Below are positions 28,561 through 42,746 of a DNA stretch of 64,000 nucleotides, piece after piece. How positions within the stretch are numbered: the stretch's first letter is position 1; each line of letters starts with the position of its first letter. A program made the position numbers and the translations under genes. The notes below the pieces were generated by a model. It was not told the DNA's origin. It saw nothing but the letters and a program-made list of their open reading frames with translations, and made no database searches. Location of the stretch: NCBI RefSeq assembly GCF_009914755.1, contig NC_060932.1; one strand, written 5' to 3'. The stretch comes from the human T2T-CHM13v2.0 reference genome, Homo sapiens.

Positions 28561-28851
28561 CCTCACATAGGAAAAGCAGACATGAACAGTTACATCAGTA
28601 TTAATAATATATAAAATCCATGAGAGTTGCTGCCCAATGGTGAGAGTGGAGGTGAGTAAGTGTAAATAACAGGATCAAAGAGAAAAATTAAAATTGAAAT
28701 AAGAAATGGAGTATTACGTAGATAGGATTCCATATACTACAGGTATGTGCACCTCACTTCTCTGGATATTAGATTCAAAAGGGAAACTTAATTATCAAAT
28801 TTGCTTGATATTACATACATATATTAATTATTACATACATGTTTCTCTTAC

Positions 28852-29006
28852 CAGCATTACTGTTAAATTCATAATTCTTCCAAGGGTATCAATATAGTAG
28901 ACACTGTCTTGATACCATGAATCACAGTGCAGGTAATTATACATTCCAAAAGCATGCATGTGTTCCAGTGTATATTGATCATCTCGAAGTTTTACCTCTG
29001 CCACAG
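28852..29006 (-). CDS. NUDCD1: NUDCD1 coding exon 2 (155 nt, [52 protein letters not shown])
   Basis: Acceptor ttcttgtatttcag|CTG and donor CTG|gtaaga; phase 1 start matches exon 1; 118+155=273 nt=91 codons; absent from the ORF track, read manually. Confidence 0.95.
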
Positions 29007-30199
29007 CTGAAATACAAGAAAAGCAAACATAAACATCAAGAGTTTTGCCTCAGATAGTTTCTATCTGTAGAATGCCTACAAGGCAAAAAAAAAAATCACA
29101 GAATGCCAATCACAAAGGCCTTCAGGACAATTCAGTATATCATTCTTTCAAAGATAATTTCTGGGTACTGTGTACAGAGGATAAACAGTAAGTAAAACTG
29201 ATATGGTCCCACGTCCTTACAAGACTTAGAATACAGCGGCCACAGGAGATAGGGCTTTTTATGTCATGACCCTCTTTTAGGCACCTCTAATAATTATGAA
29301 TAAAAATAACAGAAATTCTAAAATTGAAGAATCTACCATTTCCAGGAAAATGTTAAGCCCAATTTATGAAGTGTTTATATACTTTAAAAATGTTTTAATA
29401 TACTATTATCTCATTCATTTTAATACACATTAAGAAATTAACTTTTAAAATCTCATTATACAGTTATATAAATAAATGTATACACAAATAATGACTTCTC
29501 CAATGTTATACTACATCTTTTCCAAGGGTACAGAGCAAAACAGTATCACAGCTGGACTAGAAACAAGATCTCCTACTTACAGAACAGAGATTTCTTCACT
29601 TAAGCATTAGCTGCTTCCCTAGGTTTAAATCTAGCAAATGTGATCTCTTCCTCCCACTCCTCCTGCCCTTTCATGAAGATGGAAACTTTCATGGCTCAGA
29701 ACTGCTCATGATCTGGAATTAATTTCTGCCCCAGCAGGAAACATATAAATGGATTATGCTGGGCCAATATCCTACCCTAATATAAAACTCACTTTACTGT
29801 ATTCTGATGGCAACTGTTTTCTTCCTCCCCCAAATGCTCACCTGTTCCCACTTCCAATACCTGCTTTGAGTCCTGTCTGACTTATATTCATTTATACAGA
29901 AACTAATATAAATTTAAAAATAAATAAATAAAATTTCAATAGGCATCGATGACACAGTGATGAGCCAAGAATGGAATCTTGCCAATTAGCACTTATGATA
30001 CAGTGAGGAAATGGGCATTAGTCAAATAATCATATAAATCTTAAATAATTTTTATGAAATAAATTTTATATAATTAAATTGTGATAAAGAATAATCACTG
30101 GGTACCATGAGAACACATAATGTAAGAGTTCTATTTGGGGAGATTAACAAAAGCTTTCCAAGGTTTGAGCCACGACATAAAAGATAAGAAAGAATTAAC

Positions 30200-32005
<1,806 letters not shown>

Positions 32006-33883
32006 CCCAGTTTATCAATTTAACATATTTTTAAAATAAAAAATACACCTATATACATGCATACCCACTCCTCTACTTTTCCAGACAGAAGGAAAATCTG
32101 TAAAAAGTAGGAAGAAAAACTTGTGTTCAAAGAACACAAAGAAGGCCACACTGTTCAAAGAAGGCCACACTGGCCGAAATGCAGAGCAACAAGGGGACTT
32201 GTACAGGAAAGGTTGCAATAAATGAAAACTCAGCAAGAACTGGATTATGAATGGACTGTATTTATTTTTGTTGACAAATTCAATTTAAAAGAATTCATTA
32301 ACAGTTTTTAAGCAGGAGAGTAAAGTTCAGATTTGAGTTTATAAAAGAGTACTTATAACTACAATATGGAAAACAAATTGGAATAAAGCAGGGTAAATCC
32401 AGGAAGATCCATTAGAAAGCTATTGCAATCATCTGGTTGAGAGATAATGGAAACATCTCACAGGTAAAAATCCAATTATGATAGATTTGATAGAGGTTGA
32501 GGAAACATATAACACCACTTATTTTATAAGCAACAGTTAGAAATATGTATTCTTGGTTTTCTAGCACCACTGTGTGGATGAAACTCGATACTGCAGGAAA
32601 ACTGCATGGTAACATAAGGGCCTGAAGCAGTAATATTAGACAACGATATAACAAATACATTTTCTTCATATCTGTGCAAAGACCTCTGGGCAATCCTGAA
32701 CAAACTGGAGGCTTCTTAGACATCAGTCTTATTACAACACTTCATGATTGTTTCATTCCAACAAAATAATTTATATAAGTTATTAAGACACAGATGTGAG
32801 TCTAGGCCATATTACATGCTATTTTGTAAAATCTCTATTAACGCATAGAAAAAGGACACCTCTCTGGCCTCAAATGAGAAAGGAAAAGTTATCACATGAT
32901 GATGACCATGTCAATTATCTTGATTATAAAAGTGGGAGGCAGAGCAACTGAAAGTAGAAAAGCAGTGTCCAGAATGTGACAGTTCTTAGCTACTGGCAGA
33001 GCTCTTTTGCAGAGTTCTCCCAAAAAAAGAAGTAGGGGGCAGCGAGGCTTCAATCTCTGCATAGATCTTTGTAAGGGTTGAAGAAGAAGAACTTTTTACA
33101 GAGAAGCCAGTGTAGTAAATATTTTATTATTTAATGATACCTTGCATTGAAAATAAAAGAGCTTTGCTGAAAAATCTGATAAGGATTAGTCTTCTAAAAA
33201 GAACTTAGGGCCTCAAAAGAAGAGTCTCCCTTAACATTTGCCCAAATACTTACCGAACCTCAAAACCTAGTTTTTCACACATGAAAACCACAAAAGCCTC
33301 ATGGGACCTCAAAGGGCTATAGTTTTTCATTCATAAATTATTTATTGAATATCTACTATATGTACCAGACATTGTGGTTGGCATTGGGCACAAACAGTGA
33401 ATAAAACAGACCTGTCTCCTGCACTAATAGTGCTAACGATGATATTCATTACTGTTTCTTGGCTTCTCAAAATACACTATTACTTGAACCACATGATATT
33501 GCCAATATTTAACTCTTTGACACCAATTAAATATGATGCAGTCTAATATTTACATAAGCAAAGTATAATAATCTTTAAAGAGGGGGAAGAGAGAGGCCAA
33601 GAACGTTAACTTACAAAGGTCACTTCATGGACCACTTAGCTTCTAGAATCAACCCAATAAGCCTTCTTTTCACCTAGTTACTGAGCTTGCTATTTATCTA
33701 TGAAGGTGTAAAAAAGTAAAAGTACAAGTCCACAAATTCTAAAGCGAGACTTAAAGAACACGGGAGGACCAGAGTTAAGAGCACTGCTCCCATAAAATTA
33801 TTTTATGCAATACTTCTCTGACCTCAACACATTCATGTGGGTATTTTCCCCATCTTTTCCTCCATAAGGGTAGAGATGAGTTT

Positions 33884-34885
33884 TATAGTCAACTCTACAT
33901 AAATACAATGGTTACGTGGCTTTTCCCTCCCTTTACTCTAACTGTAGTGTAAATCTTCACCAGCTTTTCTTCCCTCTGCTCTGAAGAAAGAAAAAGGCCA
34001 GAGTGACCACAAAGATCATTAGGAAAAGCATGAGCTTTAGGGTCAGCTTTGCCACTGATGAATAACTTGGTTAAGTTAGCTCATCTTATTGCCCATTTCC
34101 TCATCTATAATAAAGGTTAGTAATACTAATTGTACCAAAACATTGACAAGCTTCAGTCGAAATATGCAATGTATTTACTATCAATGCATGGCACATAAGA
34201 TTAAGCATTGATTTCCCTGTTCCTTTTCTCCCATTCAAGGCTAATTCCCACACAGGTGTTTATGATTCAATTTTCTCCTGCCAGAAGTTATCTCCTGTCC
34301 ACTGGTGTTTCTCCTCCACTTACATATGCTGAAACTTCCCCACTCGCAAAATAAACAAATAAAAAAGGCTTCCTTTTCTCTGCCTGGCCGCTAAAGCAGA
34401 GCTCTCCCCTACCTTGTTCTTCTCAAACTTCTTTAAAAAGCTGTTTATACATCCATTTTCTCACTATACTCATTAGCCCTTTTCAATTGTTTCTAGCTCT
34501 ATTATTCTACAGAAAATATTTTTTCACTTAAAAATATACATTGAATAACTTTTGTTTGCAGCCAACATGGAAGAATAGGAACCAGATTTATCTTTCCACC
34601 AGAAACATCCAATAAGATGAAACAAACCAGAGAAAGTTAAATGAAACAACAGTTTTCAAGACATCAGACATAAAACAACAAAGGACACTTATGAGATTAG
34701 CCCCACCACCAATCTAGTTTACTGCCTTGAGGAGTTTCCAGACCACAGCACAAAGAAGGGAAAGTGAGGTATAGTCAACTCTACATAAATACAACGGTTA
34801 CATGGCTTTTCCCTCCCTTTAACTGTAGTGTAAATCTTCACCAGCTTTTCTTCCCCCTTCTCTGAAGAAAGAAAAAGGCCAGAGT
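33884..34885 (+). repeat. Dispersed ~120-bp direct repeat (33884-34004 and 34770-34885)
   Basis: Copies differ by 4 substitutions and one 5-nt indel. Confidence 0.9.
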
Positions 34886-36320
34886 ACTTGTATGCAGAGT
34901 TGACTTCAACCTCCTTGAGTTGAAGAAACTAGGCTACTACTCTGTCATTAGACAGAGTAGCAGAGAAAAGAGAGATGCAGAGAGAAGCCCAGAGATCTGA
35001 GAGTCTGCCTCAAGTACTCAAGAGTACTAATGGCATGTGTTTGAGGAGATTACCCCAGGCTACAGAAAGAACCATCTGAAAGGGTTGAAGAGAAATCCTG
35101 GGCACTCACATAAGGCTAGGAACCATAACTGCTCCCAATAAGCAGAATGGAGAAAACCCTTAATTTGTGGGATACTGGGTAGTGTACACAGGAAAGTCTT
35201 GCCTCGGTAGTGGGAAATAACCCTAGACTGAGCACTGCTCCTGATCGGACTAACAAATCATAAAAGCAAGAACCAATGGAATTAATCTGTTTCCAAGTAA
35301 CTCAACTATATCCCGGAAAAAAAACTCAAGAACATTATAAAAATACAAAAATAACCTGCACCTAACAAGGTAAAATTCACAATGTCTGGCATCCAATCAA
35401 AGATTACCACATATGCAAAGAGGAAAGAAAACAAAATCCATAATGAAGAGAATTACCAATCAATAGAAGCCAATATAAAACTGACATGGAAGCTACAATT
35501 CACAGAACAAGATGTAAAAACAATTATTGCTACATGTACTCCATGTATGTTCAACATAAGTAAGTAGAAGCAAGAAAGATGCAAAAGATTTAAATCAAAC
35601 TTCTAGATGTGAATATTACAATGTCCAAGATGAAAAATACACCAGATGGGATTAACAAGAGACTAATATTACAAAAAAAAAAAGTAAACGGAACTAAAGG
35701 CATGAAAATGGAAACTATTGGCAATAAAACAGAAAAAAGTATGAAGAAAAAATGAAACGGGCATTCATGAGCTGAGACCAACTTCTGTGATCTAAAAATG
35801 TGTAACTGGAGTCTTCAAAGGAGAAAAGGAGGGGAAAAAGTTGGAAGAAATAATAGCCAAAATATTGCCATTGATCTTGATAAAAACTATATGTCCGCAG
35901 TTTATAGCCCAACAAACCCCAAACATAAGAATCATAAAGAAAACCACAGCTGGCCACAATATTATCAAACTGCTCAAAACCAATGTAAAAGAGAAAAATC
36001 TTAAAACAGAAGAAAAAAGGCATGTTATGTATAGAGCAACAAAGATAGGATAATGTGAGATTTCTCATCAGAAACAATATAAGCAAGACTGAGGCTATAA
36101 CTTTAAAGCATTGAAAGAAAAAACTGTCAACCTAGAATGCAGAAGGAGCAGAGAGATGGTTACAGAAGGGTACAAGGAAACTTTGGGAATGATAGCTAAG
36201 TTTAGTATCTTGATTGTGGTGATGATTTCACGGGTGTATACATATATCACAACTTCTTAAGTTGTACATTTTAAATTTGTAGTGTATTGTCAATTATGTC
36301 TTCATAAAGCTGTTTAATTT
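34550..36320 (+). mobile_element. Ancient L1M (5' UTR/ORF1 remnants joined to a 3' end fragment)
   Basis: ORF1-like HNIIKLLKTNVKEKNLK; L1M 3' motif gtatcttgattgtggtgatg. Confidence 0.6.
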
Positions 36321-36346
36321 GTGAGACAAATTTATGTCCTACTTAC

Positions 36347-36377
36347 CAGGCATGCTCCAACCCTGGAGATAAAGCAT
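36347..36377 (-). CDS. NUDCD1: NUDCD1 alternative 5' coding exon (MLYLQGWSMP, coding part only; 5' boundary uncertain)
   Basis: ATG at 36377, 31 coding nt, consensus donor CTG|gtaagt in phase 1, compatible with exon 2; matches my recollection of a shorter NUDCD1 isoform N-terminus. Confidence 0.75.
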
Positions 36378-37209
36378 TGAAAACGATGGACATGGGACCC
36401 TTCAATACAAAATCAATAATCTTAGCAAAGAAAACATACTGGATGCTACGAAGTATGATAAAGTCTATGAAGTACTGGTTACTATGGCAACGCATAATAC
36501 AGATTCTATAGTGTAGATTCTGACTAGTCAAGAAAGGAATCCCTGAGGAAGTAACATGTAAGCCAACATGAAAGAATGAAGTATGAATTAGCTAGGTGAA
36601 ATATAGCTGGGAAACATATAAAAACATATAAAAAGACTTGTACTAAATGAAGATTCTAGGAAAAGGATATTTATAAATGCCTAGGAAGGAAATTGCCGGA
36701 TCAAAAGACAATTACAATTTGATTAAAAATAAGTTTTTTGTTTCGTTCTTTGGAATAGAAAAAGACAAAGTGACATTTACTGCTTATGTAGCAAAGGAAA
36801 TTTTGGTACAACTTAATAACATTATTTAAGACAAGAGAATAAGCCTCATTGCATCAAGTTCTTGACACCAGAGACCACATCATCTTTACATCTTAAATGC
36901 AGTGTTTCAGGTAGCCAAGGTGCCCATCAAAGGTTTGTGGAACTAAAGTGAACTCCTTCAGTTAGAATAAAAGAAATCAAATTACCAGAAGCGCCTCAAT
37001 TATGCTTCACTATCTCTAGAAATGATAGTTTTTAAACAAAATAATCTTTTTCATCATCCTCAAGTAATTCCTAATGAAAAACTCATCATGTGAACTATTG
37101 CAAAAGCCTCCTATCTGCTGTGTGCAGTCATCTCATCTTCCAAACTCAACCTCCACAGAGTCTGAGGTAAGCTTTTCAACTCCCGTATCTGTTCACGTCC
37201 CTTGTACTT

Positions 37210-37600
37210 AAAATGTGGTACACATACGCCATGGAATACTATGCAGCCATAAAAAGGAACACAATCATATCCTTCAAAGGGACATGGAAGGAGCTGGAAG
37301 CCACTGTCCTCAACAAACCAACGAAGGAACAGAACACAAAACACCACATGTTCTCACTTGTAAGTGGGAGCTGAATAATGAGATCACATGGACACAGGGA
37401 GGGGAACAACACACACTGTGGTCTGTCAGAGAATGGGGTAGGGGGAGGGAGAGCATTAGGAAAAATTGCTAATGCATGCTGGGCTTAATACCTAGGTGAT
37501 GGGTTGACGGGTGCAGCAAACCACCATGGCACACGTTTACCTATGTACCAAACCTGCACATCCTGCACATGTACCCCGGAACTTCAAAGAAAAAAAAAAA
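37210..37600 (+). mobile_element. 5'-truncated old L1PA 3' end
   Basis: ccatggaatactatgcagccataaaaagg ... aacctgcacatcctgcacatgtacccc + poly(A). Confidence 0.85.
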
Positions 37601-37602
37601 TC

Positions 37603-38083
<481 letters not shown>

Positions 38084-40434
38084 TCAAATGGCACCTGATA
38101 TCCTGCAGCTGTACATCCCAAACACAGAATCTAAGATTAACGCTGATGAAATGAGTACGGAACAAGGACAACTTTGTGAATTTTTTCTAAAGTTAAAGTA
38201 TTCAATGGATTGTTTATTGTGAGATTTTGCTTCCTGCTTTTTTGGTGTTAAAATATCCTTTTGTTTATGAAAAGATAGATGAGTAAATGATAGTTTTTAA
38301 GAAACATCTCCACCTAGTAAACAGAAAAGTTGGCAGAACTACAGCAGCTGAGTTTTATTTTATATTGTAATGGCTCAATACAAAAATGTCAGGGAAACAC
38401 TGAATGACCGGAAATCCAAGAAATCCAAAAGGCAAACAAGGCCCTCACTGATTTATTTCCTCTCACTTTCCCAGACGTTTTGCTCCAGCAATATAAGAGT
38501 GCAAGGATGTCCAGCATACAACCTACTAATTATTTCCCTTTCCTCATGCTTTCCCATGAATGGAATGACCTCAACAATTTCTTCTCTTCTTCATATACTC
38601 ATTTTATTGAATACATCCTATGTGCCAAGCACTAGATATAGGGTAGTGAACAAAAGAAAAACATCACTGTTTTCAAGGAACTCATAGTCTAGTGGAGGAA
38701 ACAGACAACAAATCAAGATAGAATTTAAAAGGCCGATAAGTACGTCTTATGGAGAATGCAATGACGAAGCCCAAAAGTGAAGGCAGGAAGGCTAGTCAGG
38801 AGGCTACTAGAGTTCAGGTAAGAGATAACTCTGATTTGGATTAGGGTGGAGGCCTAGAGATATCAAAATGTGGAGCTGACCGGACTTGCTACCAAGCAGA
38901 CAGTGGCTAAAAGAAATAAACCCCAAATGACTCTGGCACAAGTGTCTCTTGGTACCAACCTGGGCTAGTCTAGTCGGCTAAAGGATAAGAGACCACACGG
39001 AGAAAAGTCAAGAGGAGACCATGTGAAAGAATCTTAAACAAGCTTATAGTCTGAGACCCTACCCCCACCCTCCAAACATATGAGGAAGTCCAGCCAAATG
39101 AGCAGAGCTTCCCAGCAGATCCATTACTGAACAAGGATGCATCAATGAGCCCAACTAGGACTAGAAGAACCACTCAGCTGACCCGTAGACTTGTGAGCAA
39201 TAATAACTGCTTCTTGTTTTGAGACACTGAATTTTGGCTTCACTTTCTAATGCACTAACTAAACATGGTGATACCATCTACTGACATGGGGTGACTGGAA
39301 GAAACACGGTGGCAAAGAGGAAAAGGAAAAAAATAAAAAGAAAAATCAAGCTTATCCTCTCTCATCCTAGTCAACTCTTAACCTACCCTTCAAAGCTCAA
39401 CTTAGATATTAACTCCTCCAAGACGCCTTCCCAGATCCCCAGACTAGTTTAGGAAAGATATTCAAGTACTACCATTGTATTTTGTACATATCCCTATCAC
39501 TGCCTTCCCATATTGTTTTACAATTATCTGTTTACAATTTTCTTCCTAACTAGCTAATAGTCCTCTTTTGTTACGGAAGGTGTCTTGTTCATTTTGATAT
39601 TATCAGGACGTAACACAAAACAGGTACTCGGTAAATATTTCTGAATTTAATAAATCAATTAGCATAAACTTATTTTATACTTTAATGTCTGTTATTATAA
39701 TTAACTGTAGATCACTATTTCTCAAAGTGTGATCTCTGAAAACATGCATCAGAATCAGCAGGGGTGTGAATTTTAAAATGCAGATCTCTGGGCTCTATCA
39801 TAACGAAAATGCCGTTAAGTTGTAAAAACAAGAGTAAGGATATTCTACCAGCTACAGATAAAGCAAGGAGTAGCAGTGTGGGAGTAAATCCACTTTTCCT
39901 CACTATCTTCTAGAGATGTTCTCTACCAGAGTTCTTAATGTGCCAGGAACTGAGTAATTAAAAATGCTATGACTGGAATGTAGTTTCTCTTCTAAGAAAC
40001 GGCTCTCGGTCAGAGGAAACAGGAACTGGGGGTCCTCCAAGGAGGTGTGGTTTCTCAACGCACACGTTCACAAGCGATGCTCCAGGAGGAAGGAATGTTC
40101 TCAGCGTCCCCCGAAACAGAAGCCAGGCTGTGGACACACAGCAGCCAGAGCCCCAGGCACTACCCGCACGCCAGCCCTCAGACCTCAGACCTCAGAGGCT
40201 GGGCTGCTGACGGAGGGGGCCCAGGGTCCCGTTACCGAAGAGCGCGCGAAGGCGGCTCCCACCGGGTTCTGGGATGGGCATCATTCCCCAGAAGCAGCGG
40301 CCTCCGTGAGTCCACGCAAGCCGCCACGGTGGCTTCGCTTGCCAGTCAGAAAGAAAGAAATTGCGGGAAGGGTCAGGCCGGAGGCAGCCGAAAGGGGAAA
40401 GGAACGGAGTACGAAGGGCGCCGCCGCTTCCCAC

Positions 40435-40552
40435 CTGCGTCAAGCTCCAGCTGGTAACAAGGCAGCGGCTCAAGAGAGAGCTTGTAACCCTCGAAGCGGG
40501 GATCCAACAGAGGTCTCTTCACCCGTAGGGAGCAATTAGCCGCCACCTCCAT
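40435..40552 (-). CDS. NUDCD1: NUDCD1 coding exon 1 ([39 protein letters not shown])
   Basis: ATG in good context (gcgATGG) at 40552, 118 nt, donor CAG|gtggga; inside CpG island. Confidence 0.95.
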
Positions 40553-40674
40553 CGCTTTCCAGGGCCGCAGCGTGAGAATTAATAAAGCCCTTGTTGAAAG
40601 GTCCGCGCTTCACGCCTCGCACAGAGACTGGGAAGCGGCGTGGTTCCCATCCCAGAAAACACTGCGGTGCGAAC

Positions 40675-40737
40675 TGCCTTCTGGGAAATGTAGTGTCCGT
40701 GAAAAAGTTGAGACTGTTGCATGCTGGGCTATGTAGT
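40675..40737 (-). promoter_or_regulatory. Two tandem ZNF143/THAP11-type (ACTACA..TCCCA) motifs
   Basis: Minus strand ACTACATTTCCCAGAAGGCA (40675-40694) and ACTACATAGCCCAGCATGCA (40718-40737). Confidence 0.75.
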
Positions 40738-41010
40738 TCTCCTGGTACTTAACGCGCGCGCGACGGCAAGGTCTGAACTCTGTTACCCAGAGGCCCTAGC
40801 AACCAGGAGGCGGCCCGCGCTGGTTAAATTCTCACATTATAGGCAGGGTGGCGAGACCCCGCCCCGGAAATGCGTGTTCTAGCTTTCTGTGTGCTTAGGT
40901 GCCCGAGCTACTGAGGGTCTAAGTCCGGGCAGCCGAAGAGTGTGGTAGGTAACGGTCCTCAGCGCAAGGGTCATTTCGTCGCTGGGAAGGGACGGCCCTC
41001 GCCCGCGGTG

Positions 41011-41016
41011 ATGGTG
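41011..41016 (+). CDS. ENY2: ENY2 exon 1 coding part (Met-Val)
   Basis: gtgATGGTG|gtgagc: start codon followed by donor; joins exon 2 in phase 0 to give MVVSKMNKD. Confidence 0.9.
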
Positions 41017-41895
41017 GTGAGCTATGCCCGTGGTCCTCAGGGCCGGGACCCGGGCCCAGCCCAGGCTCCTTTCGATGTACTGTCTTTCGTTAGCGTCCCC
41101 GACCCGCGCTCGCGGGCCTGTAGGGCTCTCCGACAGGGCGTGCTACCGGAGTTGGCCTGAAACCAGTCCTCGCTTTGTTTTCTGGCTCCTCCTCTCCCGC
41201 CTCTCCCGCTGTCTCCGCCCTGTTCTATTTTCCCTAAGAATGTCTGAACTGGGAGGGATACCCTAGCGCCCTTGTTTTACCAGTGAGAAAACTGAGGCCT
41301 TTAAGAATTAAGTGACTTGTCCAAGGTCACTATCCGTATTTTAGGAGCCAAGACGAGATCAAGTTCAATATTCCAGGAGTGGTACTGACTAGACCTTGTA
41401 GTTATTTTGAAAATGTTAGCCTCCAATTACAAAAGCAAGCATTTCCTAGTTCTCACTCAACTTCTCCTTTTCCCTGTTCCTCTCAAAAAAGAAAAAAAAA
41501 ATCAACTCTGGTAACTCATTGCCAGTCTGAATTTTCAATAGGCCAGATGGAAGACAACAAAAGTAATCTCAAGTTAGTGACAGATTAGGTGGGAAAACGT
41601 TAGTTTACGCCAAGTTTTATTTAATTTAAACTTTTAAGTGGCTTTAACGCTTTCAAAACCTAACTTTCCTCTTCTTTCAACATCATTTTGGTTTGGGTTG
41701 TCTGTTTTTACTGACAATTGAGGACTTTGTAAGTTAGGAATTAGTTTGAGATTTGTTTTCTTCTTATCCCACCAGCAGTGTGTGTGTAAACACACACATC
41801 CACACACTTAGGTTTAGCAGTTGTAATTGTGGGTTCATCCTAGTGAAGAGTAAAGCAAAACACTTAGAGCCTTATCTAGTAATTTTATTTTTTTT

Positions 41896-42202
<307 letters not shown>

Positions 42203-42669
42203 TGGTAATTTTATTTTTTTACTAATAGTATTTAATCTTTTTTTGATGTTTAGTATGTATGACTTCTCCCAATTTTTGGATGCAGTCTCTGCAGAAGTGA
42301 TCGGCAGTTATGTTCAGTTTTGGAGCTCCTAGGGTCAAAGTACTTGAGTTCAAATTTTGCCTTTCCACTTTCTATCTCTGTGCCTCAGTTTCCTCATCAG
42401 TAAAATACAGATTATTTTATTAATATAAATATGTAACAATACGTTCTGGGAATTAAATGTGATGTTTAAAAAAAAGCAAACCCACACTGCATTAGCCCAG
42501 TGCCAAGCACATAAGTGTTTAATAAAGAGTAATGATATTATTAACACACTTGAAATGTATCACCCCTTCAGTTAATAGAATGGTAAACATGTTAGGATGC
42601 CTGCCTAGAGGATTTAGCAGAAAATGCTTTGTAAATGTTCTATATCTGAAAGTACATGTTGATGTCCAG

Positions 42670-42746
42670 GTTAGCAAGATGAACAAAGATGCGCAGATGA
42701 GAGCAGCGATTAACCAAAAGTTGATAGAAACTGGAGAAAGAGAACG
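42670..42746 (+). CDS. ENY2: ENY2 exon 2 ([26 protein letters not shown])
   Basis: tccag|GTT acceptor, CG|gtaagt donor, 77 nt; recognisable ENY2/Sus1 peptide. Confidence 0.96.

Larger units (their letters stand above)
40060..41220. promoter_or_regulatory. CpG island / bidirectional promoter of NUDCD1 and ENY2
   Basis: Only GC- and CpG-rich unique stretch in the window; divergent start codons 459 nt apart; GC box CCCCGCCCC 40857-40865, ETS-like CCGGAAAT 40864-40871, (CG)5 at 40753-40762. Confidence 0.92.

Noticed and set aside
40045-40539. 164-aa, 136-aa and 93-aa overlapping ORFs at the CpG island
   Set aside because: Stop-poor GC-rich sequence overlapping NUDCD1 exon 1/intron 1; no recognisable domain, and the longest has no true ATG start
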